From positions 10,417 through 74,416 of the forward strand of contig JBEKXJ010000024.1 of NCBI GenBank assembly GCA_049512215.1: a stretch of DNA of 64,000 nucleotides. The letters run 5' to 3'. The notes under the pieces were generated by a model. It saw only the letters and a program-made list of their open reading frames with translations, was not told the origin of the DNA and did not search any database. Source of the DNA: Solirubrobacteraceae bacterium (GTDB lineage: Bacteria; Actinomycetota; Thermoleophilia; Solirubrobacterales; Solirubrobacteraceae). Positions 48,592 to 59,995 of the stretch are shown in pieces (within the stretch, counting starts at the first letter, position 1; every line of letters begins with the position of its first letter). A program made the translations under genes and the position numbers.

Positions 48592-48766
48592 GTATGAACT
48601 GGAGGCATGTTACTCCACCCTCGCCTGCTCCCGTTCGCGCGGGAAAGGGCCGGGCGCACGAAGCCCAAGGGCCCCCCTTGAGGCGCCCCACCAGTCCTCG
48701 CCCGGCGCTACCGCCTCGCCGGCGGCCCACAGCGCCGGCAACGCCTCCCGGCACGCGGGGGCTCGC

Positions 48767-50014
48767 CTAGATGCCGATGGTCTCCAGAGCCGTGCCGAGA
48801 TCACTGAGCGCCACCCGCTGGTCCTCGTCCAGCACGGGCGCCTCGACGATCAGCCGCCTGGCCTGGTCGAGATCATCGGAGCGGCCGAACGTGAGGGCGG
48901 CCTTGACCGCGCCGTCCAACAGATACCAGTTGGTGAACTTCCCGCCGTCGATCGTCCCGCGAATGATCTCCTGATCCCAATCGTGCGCCGGTCCGACGTA
49001 CTCGAGCTCCCCCCAGTCGCCAAGCACCGAGAAGAAGTAAGGCACCTCCCCGTGAGGCACGTCCCTGCCGAGCATGTTCAGCGCCGCGGTCTTGCCGTGA
49101 TTGAAGGCGACATCCCAGTGCTCGATCCGCATCGCCGCGCCCCCGTGGACGACGGAGTCGTACTCGCAGATGTCCCCGGCGGCGAACACCCCTGAGGCCG
49201 AGCTCTCAAGACGCGACGAGCAGCGCACCCCGCCGCGCTCGCCGATCTCCAGACCGGCCCGCCGGGCGAGCTGGACGTCGGGCGTCACTCCCGCACCGAT
49301 CACCACCGAGTCGGCCGCCAGCTCCAGGCCGGCTCTCGTGAACACCTTGGCGACCCGGCCGTCGCCCTCGAAGCGCTCGAGCTCATCGCCGCCGTGGACA
49401 CTCACGCCGTGCGATTCGAGCAGCTCCTGGAAGAAGCGCCCGACGCGCGCGCCGAAGCCCCGTTCGAGCGTGCTCTGCTCCTGCATTACGATCGTGCAGC
49501 GCTTTCCCATCAACATCAGCGACGCGGCGACCTCGCATCCGATGTAGGAGCCGCCGATCAGCACGACATCCTCGGCGTCCTCGATGCCCTCGCGTATCGC
49601 GTCGGCGTTGCCGAGCGTGCGCAGGTAGTGGATCTGCTCGAGCTCGCATCCCTCCACGTTGAGCCGGCGCACGTTCGCGCCCGTGCCAATCAGTGCCTTG
49701 CCGAACTCGATCTCCTCCTTGTTGGAAAGCTTCGCCGTGCGCGACTCGAGGTCAAGCGCGGTCACGCTCGTGCGCGTGAGCAGCTCGATGTCCTGCTCGG
49801 TCCACCACTCGTTCGGCCGGAAGAACGTCTCCTCGCGGCTCTCGGCGCCTCTCAGATAGCCCTTGGAGCAGTTGGGGCGGTTGTAAGGCGGATCGGGCTC
49901 GCGCCCAACCAGCAGCACCTTCCCGTCGGCGCCTTCCTCGCGCAGCCAGCGCGCGCAGTTCGCCGAGGCCAAACCTCCGCCGATCAGCAGGTAGTCGACC
50001 TTGCGGGCGCTCAT
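48767..50014 (-). CDS. FAD/NAD(P)-dependent oxidoreductase, ferredoxin-reductase / AIF-like
   Basis: DYLLIGGGLASANCA (FAD), VVLIGGSYIGCEVAASL (NAD) and VFAAGD. C-terminal reductase dimerisation domain. Confidence 0.8.
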   Translation of the reverse strand: MSARKVDYLLIGGGLASANCARWLREEGADGKVLLVGREPDPPYNRPNCSKGYLRGAESREETFFRPNEWWTEQDIELLTRTSVTALDLESRTAKLSNKEEIEFGKALIGTGANVRRLNVEGCELEQIHYLRTLGNADAIREGIEDAEDVVLIGGSYIGCEVAASLMLMGKRCTIVMQEQSTLERGFGARVGRFFQELLESHGVSVHGGDELERFEGDGRVAKVFTRAGLELAADSVVIGAGVTPDVQLARRAGLEIGERGGVRCSSRLESSASGVFAAGDICEYDSVVHGGAAMRIEHWDVAFNHGKTAALNMLGRDVPHGEVPYFFSVLGDWGELEYVGPAHDWDQEIIRGTIDGGKFTNWYLLDGAVKAALTFGRSDDLDQARRLIVEAPVLDEDQRVALSDLGTALETIGI

Positions 50015-50026
50015 CGCATCGGCACC

Positions 50027-50641
50027 TTACAGCCCCGGCGGGTGGCGCACAGACCAGCGCGCCCAGGTCGGGATATGGTCGAGGATGCGCCAGCGCGGGC
50101 CGTCTTCATCGCGGTTGGGCCCAACATCGGTGCCGTTGTGGCTCGTATCCAAGCGAAGGCCCGCGATCACCACGAAGACATGATTGGTCGGGGTCGTCGT
50201 CGCGTAGATGCTGACCCACCGCCCGGGCCCCGGCAGCCCCCAATGCACGTAGTCCTGCGCGAGTGGGTTGGCTCTGACGATTTCGGCGATCGGGCGTACT
50301 CCGGAGCGATAGAGGCTGGAGTAGGCGGCCCCCCTTCGCGACGCCGCCAGCAGCTCGAACGTCGCCTGGCTGTAGCAGTCCTCGAGATCCTCGGCGCGCA
50401 ATCGATGACGGTGCACCCGCAGCAGAAGCTCACGCCGCGATCGGGCTACCAGCGCCACCTCTTCGGCCGGATCTGGGCCTCTTGCAGCCGGCGCCGAGAA
50501 GACCCGCCGCGCGCCCAGTGATCCTCTTTCGTGCCCAGATCGGGTAGACACATGAGCATGTCGATCCCAATGGGCCGCAGACCCCCCTCCCAATCGCAGG
50601 CCGCTCCGGCGGTAAGCTGGCCCGTCTTCCCCTCGAGCCAC
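50027..50641 (-). CDS. hypothetical protein, possible NlpC/P60-like (papain-fold) C-terminal domain; start uncertain
   Basis: The C-terminal ~130 aa (EDCYSQATFELL ... GRWVSIYATTTPTNHVFVVIAGLRLDTSH) shows a Cys...His...His spacing reminiscent of NlpC/P60. The N-terminal ~50 aa look non-coding-like, and no signal peptide is evident. Confidence 0.4.
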   Translation of the reverse strand: MARGEDGPAYRRSGLRLGGGSAAHWDRHAHVSTRSGHERGSLGARRVFSAPAARGPDPAEEVALVARSRRELLLRVHRHRLRAEDLEDCYSQATFELLAASRRGAAYSSLYRSGVRPIAEIVRANPLAQDYVHWGLPGPGRWVSIYATTTPTNHVFVVIAGLRLDTSHNGTDVGPNRDEDGPRWRILDHIPTWARWSVRHPPGL

Positions 50642-50646
50642 GTCCT

Positions 50647-51600
50647 ATGAGCTTCACGGACCGCCTGCACGCCCTCGACCGCCGCCAGCAGCAGAGTCCC
50701 CGGCTGAGCTTCATCGCCGCGGTCGTCAAGAAGTTCGGCGACGACCAGGCCGGGCAGCTCGCGGCGCTGATCGCCTACTACGGCTTCGTCTCCCTCTTCC
50801 CGCTGCTGCTCGTGCTCGTCACCGTGCTCGGCTTCGTGCTCCAGGGCAACCCCGGCGAGCAGAAGCGGATTCTCGACGGCGCTTTGGGCCAGTTCCCAAT
50901 CGTCAGCGACCAGCTCAAGCTCCACTCGCTCACCGGTAGCAGCGTGGGGCTCGCCATCGGCGTGATCGGCTCACTGCTCGCCGGGATGGGCATCACCGGC
51001 GCCACCCAGAACGCCTTCAATCGCATCTGGAGCGTGCCCTTCAAGCACCGCCCCAACTTCCTGCACGCGCGCCTGCGCGGCCTTGGCATGCTCGCGATCC
51101 TCGGGACGCTTTCGATCGTCTCCACGACAGCCGCGGGCTTCGTCGGCTCGAGCTCCCATGCCGCCCCCGCCGTCATCGCCGCGATCGTCGTCGCGTTCGC
51201 CTTCAACCTGGCCCTCTTCATGATCGCCTTCAAGCTGCTCACGGCGGTCGACGTGTCCGGGCGCGATCTGCTCCCGGGAGTGATTGTCGCCGCAGTGTTC
51301 TGGCAGTTGCTCGAGCACCTCGGCGGCTTCTACATCGACCACGAGCTGAAGCACACCGGGCCCCTCTACGGCATCTTCGCGCTCGTGCTCGGCCTGCTCG
51401 CATGGCTATATCTCGGCGCCCAGCTGACCATGTTCGCGGCCGAGATCAACGTGGTACGCCTGCGTCGACTCTGGCCCCGGAGCTTCTTCTCAGGCAACCT
51501 GCTCGACGCCGACAGACGCGCGCTCACGTCTTCGGCGGAGATCGAGGAGCGCGTTCAGGATCAGAACGTCGAGGTCACCTTCAACGCGCACGACGACTGA
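50647..51600 (+). CDS. YihY/BrkB family membrane protein
   Basis: AALIAYYGFVSLFPLLL signature, six TM segments and an acidic C-terminal tail. Confidence 0.85.
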   Translation: MSFTDRLHALDRRQQQSPRLSFIAAVVKKFGDDQAGQLAALIAYYGFVSLFPLLLVLVTVLGFVLQGNPGEQKRILDGALGQFPIVSDQLKLHSLTGSSVGLAIGVIGSLLAGMGITGATQNAFNRIWSVPFKHRPNFLHARLRGLGMLAILGTLSIVSTTAAGFVGSSSHAAPAVIAAIVVAFAFNLALFMIAFKLLTAVDVSGRDLLPGVIVAAVFWQLLEHLGGFYIDHELKHTGPLYGIFALVLGLLAWLYLGAQLTMFAAEINVVRLRRLWPRSFFSGNLLDADRRALTSSAEIEERVQDQNVEVTFNAHDD

Positions 51601-51645
51601 CTTTTCGCTCTCTCCAGGCCGCTTGCGAGGTCCGCCCCAATCTAC

Positions 51646-51674
51646 TTGCGCGCGCAATGACAGCGCGCTATACT
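51646..51674 (+). promoter_or_regulatory. putative sigma-70-type promoter of lon (-35 TTGCGC, 17-nt spacer, -10 TATACT)
   Basis: Read from the sequence, 23 nt upstream of the lon ATG. The -35 lies inside the perfect 12-bp palindrome TTGCGCGCGCAA (51646-51657). Confidence 0.4.
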
Positions 51675-51696
51675 AGCTACACTTTCGTAAGCACAT

Positions 51697-54187
<2,491 letters not shown>

Positions 54188-54207
<20 letters not shown>

Positions 54208-54514
54208 GTGTAAGCCCGTTCCGCAGGAGGTCCGCCGGACGGCGGACCTCCTCGAGCGGCGATGGCAGCTGTCGATCATCTACGCGGCCCTCGCCGGGGC
54301 GCTGCGCTTCAACGAATTCGCCGAGGCGGTCGCCGGTATCTCCCCGCGGATGCTCTCCGAGCGGCTGCGCGACCTCGAGGCGGCGGGGCTCGTGCAACGC
54401 ACCGTGATCCCCTCCAGCCCGCCGACGGTCGAGTACCGGCTCACGGCACGCGGACGCAGGCTCGCGCCGATCATCGACGCGATGCGCGTCTACGCGCGCG
54501 AGCCCGTCGGCTGA
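54188..54514 (+). CDS. HxlR-family transcriptional regulator
   Basis: C-x(n)-LLERRWQLSIIYAAL ... FNEF ... ISPRMLSERLRDLEAAGLV ... EYRLT, typical of HxlR winged-helix regulators. Overlaps the lon 3' end by 20 nt and the convergent MFS gene by 44 nt. Confidence 0.8.
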
Positions 54515-56123
54515 GACGCGCGCGGGCCACCCGCGGGCGTCGTCCCCGCGATCCCCGGGCCGGCGCCGGGCGACTGTCCGACCGGACGCGCCCCTGCGGG
54601 TACCCCCCGCGGGCGTTGCGGATCCCCGCGAGCCCGGCGATACCACCGGCGGCGACGAGCGCCGCGGCGATCGCCAGGCCGAGATGGAAGCTGCGCAGGG
54701 AGGCCTGCTCGGCGGCGCTCGTGAGCGCCCGCGCCTGGGCGCTCAGGAGACCGTGGACGTCGGGGCGCCCGAGCGGGAGCCGCTTCGCCTGGCGCACCGC
54801 GGCACGTGCCGCAGGCCCGAGCGGGATGCCGGCCAGCCGGCTGTCGAGCGCCGAGCCGAAGGACGCCGCTACAGCCGCGCCGACGGCGGCTGTGCCGAGC
54901 AGCCCCGCGACACGCGCGACTGCGTTGTTGACACCCGAGGCGATCCCGGCCTGCGCCTCGGCACCGCTTAGCACCGCCGCTGTGAGCGGCGCCACGGTCA
55001 TCGCCAGCCCGAACGCGAACACAAGCAGCCCCGGAAGCACGTCTGAGATGTAGTCGATGCGAATGCCGATTCGTTGCAGCAGCAGCAGCCCACACGCCGC
55101 GACGAGCGGGCCCGCACCCATGAACAAGCGCGGTCCGAAGCGGCTGGCGAGCGCCCCGAAGCGGCCGGAGAGAGCGAACATGATGAGCGTCACCGGCAGC
55201 ATCGCCAGGCCGCTCTGAAGCGGCGGGTAGCCGCCGATCTGCTGCAGGAAGAGGACCAGAAAGAAGAACAGGATCGCCAGTCCCGCGTACATCGAGAAGG
55301 TCTCGATGTTCCCGGCCGAGAAGTTTCGCCGGCGGAAAAGGCCGAGGGGAAGCATCGGCTCGCGGGCACGCGACTCATACCTGAGGAAGGCGACGAGCAG
55401 GCCCAGCCCGCCGCTCAGGGGAGCGATCACGCCCGGACTTGACCACCCGAGCCGCGGCTGCTCGATCAGCGCGAACACGGGACCCCCGAGACCGGCCGCG
55501 CAAAGCAGTGCGCCCGGCAGATCGACCCTGCGCCCCCCGCGACCGCGGGGCTCAGCACGGGGGATGGCGAGCAGGATCAGGGTCACGCACGCGATCACAA
55601 AGGGCAGGTTCATGAGGAATATCCACCGCCAGGAGGCGATCGCGAGCAGCTCGCCCCCGGCCAGAGGCCCGAGCACCGCGGCGATCGTCCCCCACGCCGT
55701 CCAGCTGCCGATCGCGCCTCCGCGCTCTGACTCGGGGAAAGTGTTGACGATCACCGCCAGCGAGCTCGGAACGAGCAGCGCGCCGGCGATCCCCTGAACG
55801 GCACGCGCGGCGACCAGGGCGCCGATCGAAGGCGCAGCCGCACACACCAGCGAGGCCACCCCGAAGCCTGAGACGCCGAGCGCGAAGATCCGCCGCTCGC
55901 CGAACAGGTCCCCAAGTGACCCCCCGATCAGGATCAGCGAGCCGAGGGTGAGCAGATAGCCGTTCACCACCCACTGCTGCGCCGCGAGACCACCTCCCAG
56001 CGCACGCTGAATCGTCGGCAAGGCGACGTTCACCACCGTGCCGTCGAGCAGCACGATTCCCGAGCCGATGATGGTGGCGACGAGCGTCAGTCGCTTGATC
56101 GAGGCGTCGCTGCGCGCGGGCAC
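54471..56123 (-). CDS. MFS transporter, DHA2 (EmrB/QacA, 14-TM) family
   Basis: GTG start. LDGTVVNVALPTI, QWVVNGYLLTLG, GDLFGERR and AVQGIAGALLVPSSLA motifs. Arg-rich C-terminal tail. Confidence 0.85.
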   Translation of the reverse strand: MPARSDASIKRLTLVATIIGSGIVLLDGTVVNVALPTIQRALGGGLAAQQWVVNGYLLTLGSLILIGGSLGDLFGERRIFALGVSGFGVASLVCAAAPSIGALVAARAVQGIAGALLVPSSLAVIVNTFPESERGGAIGSWTAWGTIAAVLGPLAGGELLAIASWRWIFLMNLPFVIACVTLILLAIPRAEPRGRGGRRVDLPGALLCAAGLGGPVFALIEQPRLGWSSPGVIAPLSGGLGLLVAFLRYESRAREPMLPLGLFRRRNFSAGNIETFSMYAGLAILFFFLVLFLQQIGGYPPLQSGLAMLPVTLIMFALSGRFGALASRFGPRLFMGAGPLVAACGLLLLQRIGIRIDYISDVLPGLLVFAFGLAMTVAPLTAAVLSGAEAQAGIASGVNNAVARVAGLLGTAAVGAAVAASFGSALDSRLAGIPLGPAARAAVRQAKRLPLGRPDVHGLLSAQARALTSAAEQASLRSFHLGLAIAAALVAAGGIAGLAGIRNARGGYPQGRVRSDSRPAPARGSRGRRPRVARARLSRRARARRRASRR

Positions 56124-56225
56124 GGCGACACCGTATCCACTGCTTGAGATCCAGCCCGGTGAGCGGGCGCGCTTTGGCCGATCAGGCCGATCGCGTCAAG
56201 CACTGCCGGCGAACCGCCGGTCCTT

Positions 56226-57266
56226 TCAGCCGAGCACGATCTCGGCGGCGGCGCGGAGCGTCGCCGCGTCGCCGGATAGGAGCAGCGTGGTCACGATCGA
56301 CTCGCGCCACTTCGCGAGATCGTCGCGGATCTTCTCCGGCGGACCGATCAGCGAGAGCTCCTCGATCAGGGCCCGCGGGACCCTGGCCGCAGCCTCGTCC
56401 TTGCGGGCCTCGAGGTAGAGGTCCTGGATCTCGTTAACCTCGGCCTCATAGCCCATGCGGATCGCGACGTTGGCGTGGAAGTTGACTCCCTTCGCGCCCA
56501 TCCCCCCGAGGTAGAGGGCGTAGAACGGCCGCAGCGCCTCCACGGCTTTCTCGACGTCCTCGGTGACGATCAATGGAACGGTTGCGGCGACCTCGAACTC
56601 CTCGAGCTTGCGCCGCGCCCCCGGCCGGGAGAAGCCCTCATTCAAACAGGCGCGATAGGCGTCCTGATGGGCGGGGGAGAACAGCATCGCCAACCAGCCG
56701 TCGCAAAGCTCGGCGCAGAGAGTGATGTTCTTGGGTCCCTCGGCGCCGAGATAGATGGGGATGTCCTCCCGCAGGGGATGGATCGAGGCCTTCAGCGGCT
56801 TGCCGAGGCCGGTCCCGTCGAGCAGCGGCAGCGGATAGTGGGGGCCGTCGTTCGTGACCGGCGCGCGCCGCGCCCAGATCTCGCGGAGGATGCCTACGTA
56901 CTCGCGCGTGCGCGCGAGTGGCTTTGCGAATGGCATCCCGTACCACCCCTCGACCACCTGGGGCCCGGACACCCCGAGCCCGAGGATGAACCTACCGCCG
57001 CAGAGATGATCCATCGTCATCGCGGCCATCGCCGTCGCGGCGGGCTGGCGCGCCGACATCTGAACTATCGCCGTGCCGAGCTTCACACGCTTGGTCTGGG
57101 CCCCCCACCAGGCGAGCGGTGTCAGGCAGTCGGAGCCATAGGCCTCGGCGGTCCAGATCGAGTCGAAGCCGAGATTCTCGGCCTCGGCGATGGCCTCCGT
57201 CACGCCGGGGGGCGGGCCGCCGGCCCAGTAGCCCGTGTTCAGTCCGAGCTTCAGCGCGCGAGCCAT
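56226..57266 (-). CDS. luciferase-like monooxygenase (LLM) class oxidoreductase, probably F420-dependent
   Basis: Internal ATG (MARALKLGLNTGYW...). TIM-barrel LLM pattern (GFDSIWTAEAYGSD, GRFILGLGVSGPQVVEGWYG). Confidence 0.8.
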   Translation of the reverse strand: MARALKLGLNTGYWAGGPPPGVTEAIAEAENLGFDSIWTAEAYGSDCLTPLAWWGAQTKRVKLGTAIVQMSARQPAATAMAAMTMDHLCGGRFILGLGVSGPQVVEGWYGMPFAKPLARTREYVGILREIWARRAPVTNDGPHYPLPLLDGTGLGKPLKASIHPLREDIPIYLGAEGPKNITLCAELCDGWLAMLFSPAHQDAYRACLNEGFSRPGARRKLEEFEVAATVPLIVTEDVEKAVEALRPFYALYLGGMGAKGVNFHANVAIRMGYEAEVNEIQDLYLEARKDEAAARVPRALIEELSLIGPPEKIRDDLAKWRESIVTTLLLSGDAATLRAAAEIVLG

Positions 57267-57375
57267 GCGGCGAGAGTACAGTGAGGCGGACCAGAGACGC
57301 GCGCGCGGAGCTTTCAGCCGCACCGCTTTGGAGCTCGCCGGATCAGGGGTGGCACGGTTTTCAAAGCGCGGCTAA

Positions 57376-57594
57376 GGAGGCGGTGCGGGTTACACCGCGC
57401 ACCAGATGGGATCCTGCCGGATGGGCTCGAGCGCCTCGGACTCGGTCGCCGACGGACGCGGCGAGCTGCACGACACCAAGAGCGTCTGGATCGGCGACGG
57501 CTCGGCCTTCCCGACCGCGCCGGGTGCGAACCCGATGATCTCGATCATGTCGCTCGCGCACCGCACCGCGGCCAATATCCTCGCGGGGCCGTAG
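57376..57594 (+). pseudogene. C-terminal remnant (~70 codons) of a GMC-family oxidoreductase
   Basis: The frame reads ..YTAHQMGSCRMGSSASDSVADGRGELHDTKSVWIGDGSAFPTAPGANPMISIMSLAHRTAANILAGP*. This is the conserved GMC C-terminal active-site His and FAD-covering region. An in-frame stop at 57373-57375 cuts off everything upstream, and the preceding ~500 codons are absent. Confidence 0.7.
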
Positions 57595-57663
57595 CCGCGC
57601 GCGCGGTGGCGAGTCCGAAGGCTCGTGCGCCGCCGAGCGCCACCGGCGAGACGCGAGGAGGCC

Positions 57664-58344
57664 CTACAGCGGGCCCTCGGCGGTGACGAGCGCGAGGGTG
57701 AAGCCGTCGTATCCCTTGCTCCCCACCGTCTGGATGGTCGTCGAGCTCGCGCGGGACTCGTCCGCGAGGAGCTCGTGGAAGCGGCGCATGCCCATGACCC
57801 CGGGGTCATTGCTGGTGGCGTCGATCAGCGCACCGCCGCGCACAACGTTGTCGGTGATGATCAGGCTGCCCGGGCGCGATAGCTCGAGCGCCGCCGCGAA
57901 GTACTCGGGGGTGCCCTCCTTGTCGGCGTCGATGAAGATGACGTCGAACGGATCATGGTGCTCGGCGATGAGCTGCCCCAGCATCTCCAGAGCGCGTCCG
58001 ACGCGCAGCTCGACCAGATCGCCGACGCCGGCGCGCTCGAGGTTCGCGCGCGCGACATCGGCATACGAGGGATTCGCCTCGAGCGTGATCAGATGGCCGT
58101 CGCGGGGCAGCGCCCGTGCGAGCCAGATCGTGCTGTAGCCGCCCAGCGTGCCGAGCTCGAGGATGCTGCGGGCGCTCTGAATCCTTGCGAGCAGATGCAA
58201 CAGCTTGCCCTGGGCGGGCGAAACGGCGATCGGCGGAAGCCCGGCGGCCGCGCTTGCCTTGAGCGCCGCGTCCAGCGCGGGGTCGCTCGCGAGGAGCAAC
58301 TCGCTGATGTAGCGGTCAACCGCTGTCCAGTGCTCTTGACTCAT
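57664..58344 (-). CDS. class I SAM-dependent O-methyltransferase (caffeoyl-CoA OMT-like)
   Basis: ILELGTLGGYSTIW (SAM motif I). DVIFIDADK and ITDNV (metal-binding acidic residues). Confidence 0.85.
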   Translation of the reverse strand: MSQEHWTAVDRYISELLLASDPALDAALKASAAAGLPPIAVSPAQGKLLHLLARIQSARSILELGTLGGYSTIWLARALPRDGHLITLEANPSYADVARANLERAGVGDLVELRVGRALEMLGQLIAEHHDPFDVIFIDADKEGTPEYFAAALELSRPGSLIITDNVVRGGALIDATSNDPGVMGMRRFHELLADESRASSTTIQTVGSKGYDGFTLALVTAEGPL

Positions 58345-59003
58345 CCTCGTTCCCCGCCTCCCGTGGGGCTGCTGATCAGTGCGAGCGGAACCGCGAGCCC
58401 GGCCGAGCGGCGGAGCGTGAGGATCCGCCGCCCCGACTGGACCGCGGGGCGGATCGATCCTGCGCTCGAGCCGATCAGCTCCGCCGTGCGCTCGAGATCG
58501 TCGCTCACGAGCGCAAGGCCCCAGAAGAATGCGGGGCGATCGGGGCCCCCTGAGCGCTCGAGGACCTCATCTGGCTCCTGTACGAGCTCGAGGATCGCCT
58601 CCCCGAGCCGGAAGAAAGCCTGGCGGGGAGCGCCTGCTGGGGTCGGCTGCTCGCGCAACCGACGCAGGTCGAGCCGGGCGTGGCGCAGGGCCTTGACGCT
58701 ACGATCGAGCTGCGGTGAGATCGCGACGATATGGTCGAGTCCGAGCACCCCGTTCGGATGCGCGCCCGCCCTCGCTCGAGGCGCCCCGGCTGCGCGCGTC
58801 GTGGGCAGCCCGTCGAGCTCGGTGCTCGCAAGATCCCAAAGCGACCAGCCGAGGATCCCCGGGCCGTCCTTAAGGCCCGCGAACCGCAAGCGCACTCCAC
58901 CGAGCTCACAGCAGCCGCCCGCGACCGTGAAGCCGAGCGTCGCCCAGCGCTCGGGCTCATCGGCGAGCACGATCTCATCAAGCGTCGCTGAGGCACCGCT
59001 CAT
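58341..59003 (-). CDS. glyoxalase-like / VOC-fold domain protein
   Basis: Two half-domains. LGLDHIVAISPQLD and FFWGLALVSDDL resemble glyoxalase-like domain proteins (from memory). 4-nt overlap with the OMT gene. Confidence 0.5.
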   Translation of the reverse strand: MSGASATLDEIVLADEPERWATLGFTVAGGCCELGGVRLRFAGLKDGPGILGWSLWDLASTELDGLPTTRAAGAPRARAGAHPNGVLGLDHIVAISPQLDRSVKALRHARLDLRRLREQPTPAGAPRQAFFRLGEAILELVQEPDEVLERSGGPDRPAFFWGLALVSDDLERTAELIGSSAGSIRPAVQSGRRILTLRRSAGLAVPLALISSPTGGGERG

Positions 59004-59036
59004 CGCAGACGATCCTCAGCAAGCGGACCATGCTCC

Positions 59037-59831
59037 CTACTGCGTTGCGTTCTGGCGGGCATCGCGCACAAGGCGACGCATGCCCTTGATCCAGCGCTCG
59101 GGATCATGCCCCTTCATCGCCAGGAATTTCGCAGCGTTCCGATGGGGCAGGATCAGCATGCGCTCCTCGCGGATTCCGGCCACGACCGCGTCGGCCACAT
59201 CCTCCGGTTCGATCAGGCCCGTCGAGCTCAAAGCCGCCGCAGCGGCGGGGTCGTCCATCGCGAGGTCGAGCATCGGGGTGCGCACGCCCTGCGGACAGAT
59301 GCACGACACGCATACGCCGGCATCGCCGTATTCGATCGCGAGCCACTCCGCGAGCGCGACGGCCGCGTGCTTGGTAACGCTGTAGACGAGCGAGGAGACC
59401 TGTGTGAGCAGACCGGCGGCCGACGCGGTGTTAATCAGGTAGCCATCGCCCCGCGCCACCATCTCGGGCAGCAGCGCGCGTGCGGCCCAGACGTGCGCCA
59501 TGACGTTGACCCGCCATGCTTCCTCCCAGGTCTCGTCCGGCACCTCGGGACCGCCCCTGACACCGGGGACTCCAGCGTTCGAGATGAAGATGTCGATCGG
59601 TCCGTTGGCCTCGCCCGCCGTCTCGATGAGAGCCCGCACGCCGCTCTCGCGGCCCGCGTCGAAGCCAACGGCGACGCCGCCGACCTCCTCGGCGACGGAC
59701 CGCGCCCTCTCGAGGTCCACATCGGCGACCACGATCGCGCGCACGCCCTCGGCGCTGAACCGCCGCACGAGAGCACTCCCGATGCCGCCGGCCCCGCCGG
59801 TCACGACGACATGCCTGTCGGCGAGCTCCAT
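59037..59831 (-). CDS. short-chain dehydrogenase/reductase (classical SDR)
   Basis: VTGGAGGIGSAL (TGxxxGxG), NAG, and the catalytic YSVTKHA (YxxxK). Confidence 0.88.
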   Translation of the reverse strand: MELADRHVVVTGGAGGIGSALVRRFSAEGVRAIVVADVDLERARSVAEEVGGVAVGFDAGRESGVRALIETAGEANGPIDIFISNAGVPGVRGGPEVPDETWEEAWRVNVMAHVWAARALLPEMVARGDGYLINTASAAGLLTQVSSLVYSVTKHAAVALAEWLAIEYGDAGVCVSCICPQGVRTPMLDLAMDDPAAAAALSSTGLIEPEDVADAVVAGIREERMLILPHRNAAKFLAMKGHDPERWIKGMRRLVRDARQNATQ

Positions 59832-59995
59832 TGGGCGTACTCTAGTTCAGCGCTAGTTCAGCGTGCCGGCCGGCGTCCGAGAGCGGCCGCGGCCAAGCCC
59901 GCCGGCTGTGCTCAAAGGACCGCAACGCGCATCCCAGCCGATGAAAGCCGAGGCAGCCTGCACTCCGCCGCACGTGCCCATCCGGGGGAGAACCC

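Noticed and set aside
50300-50500. Sigma-70 region-2-like reading of the N-terminal part of the 50027..50641 ORF (RSRRELLLRVHRHRLRAEDLEDCY)
   Set aside because: The resemblance is limited to a short Arg/Leu-rich stretch. There are no region 2.4 or 4.2 motifs and no helix-turn-helix. The Cys here fits better as the nucleophile of a papain-like fold, itself only tentative.
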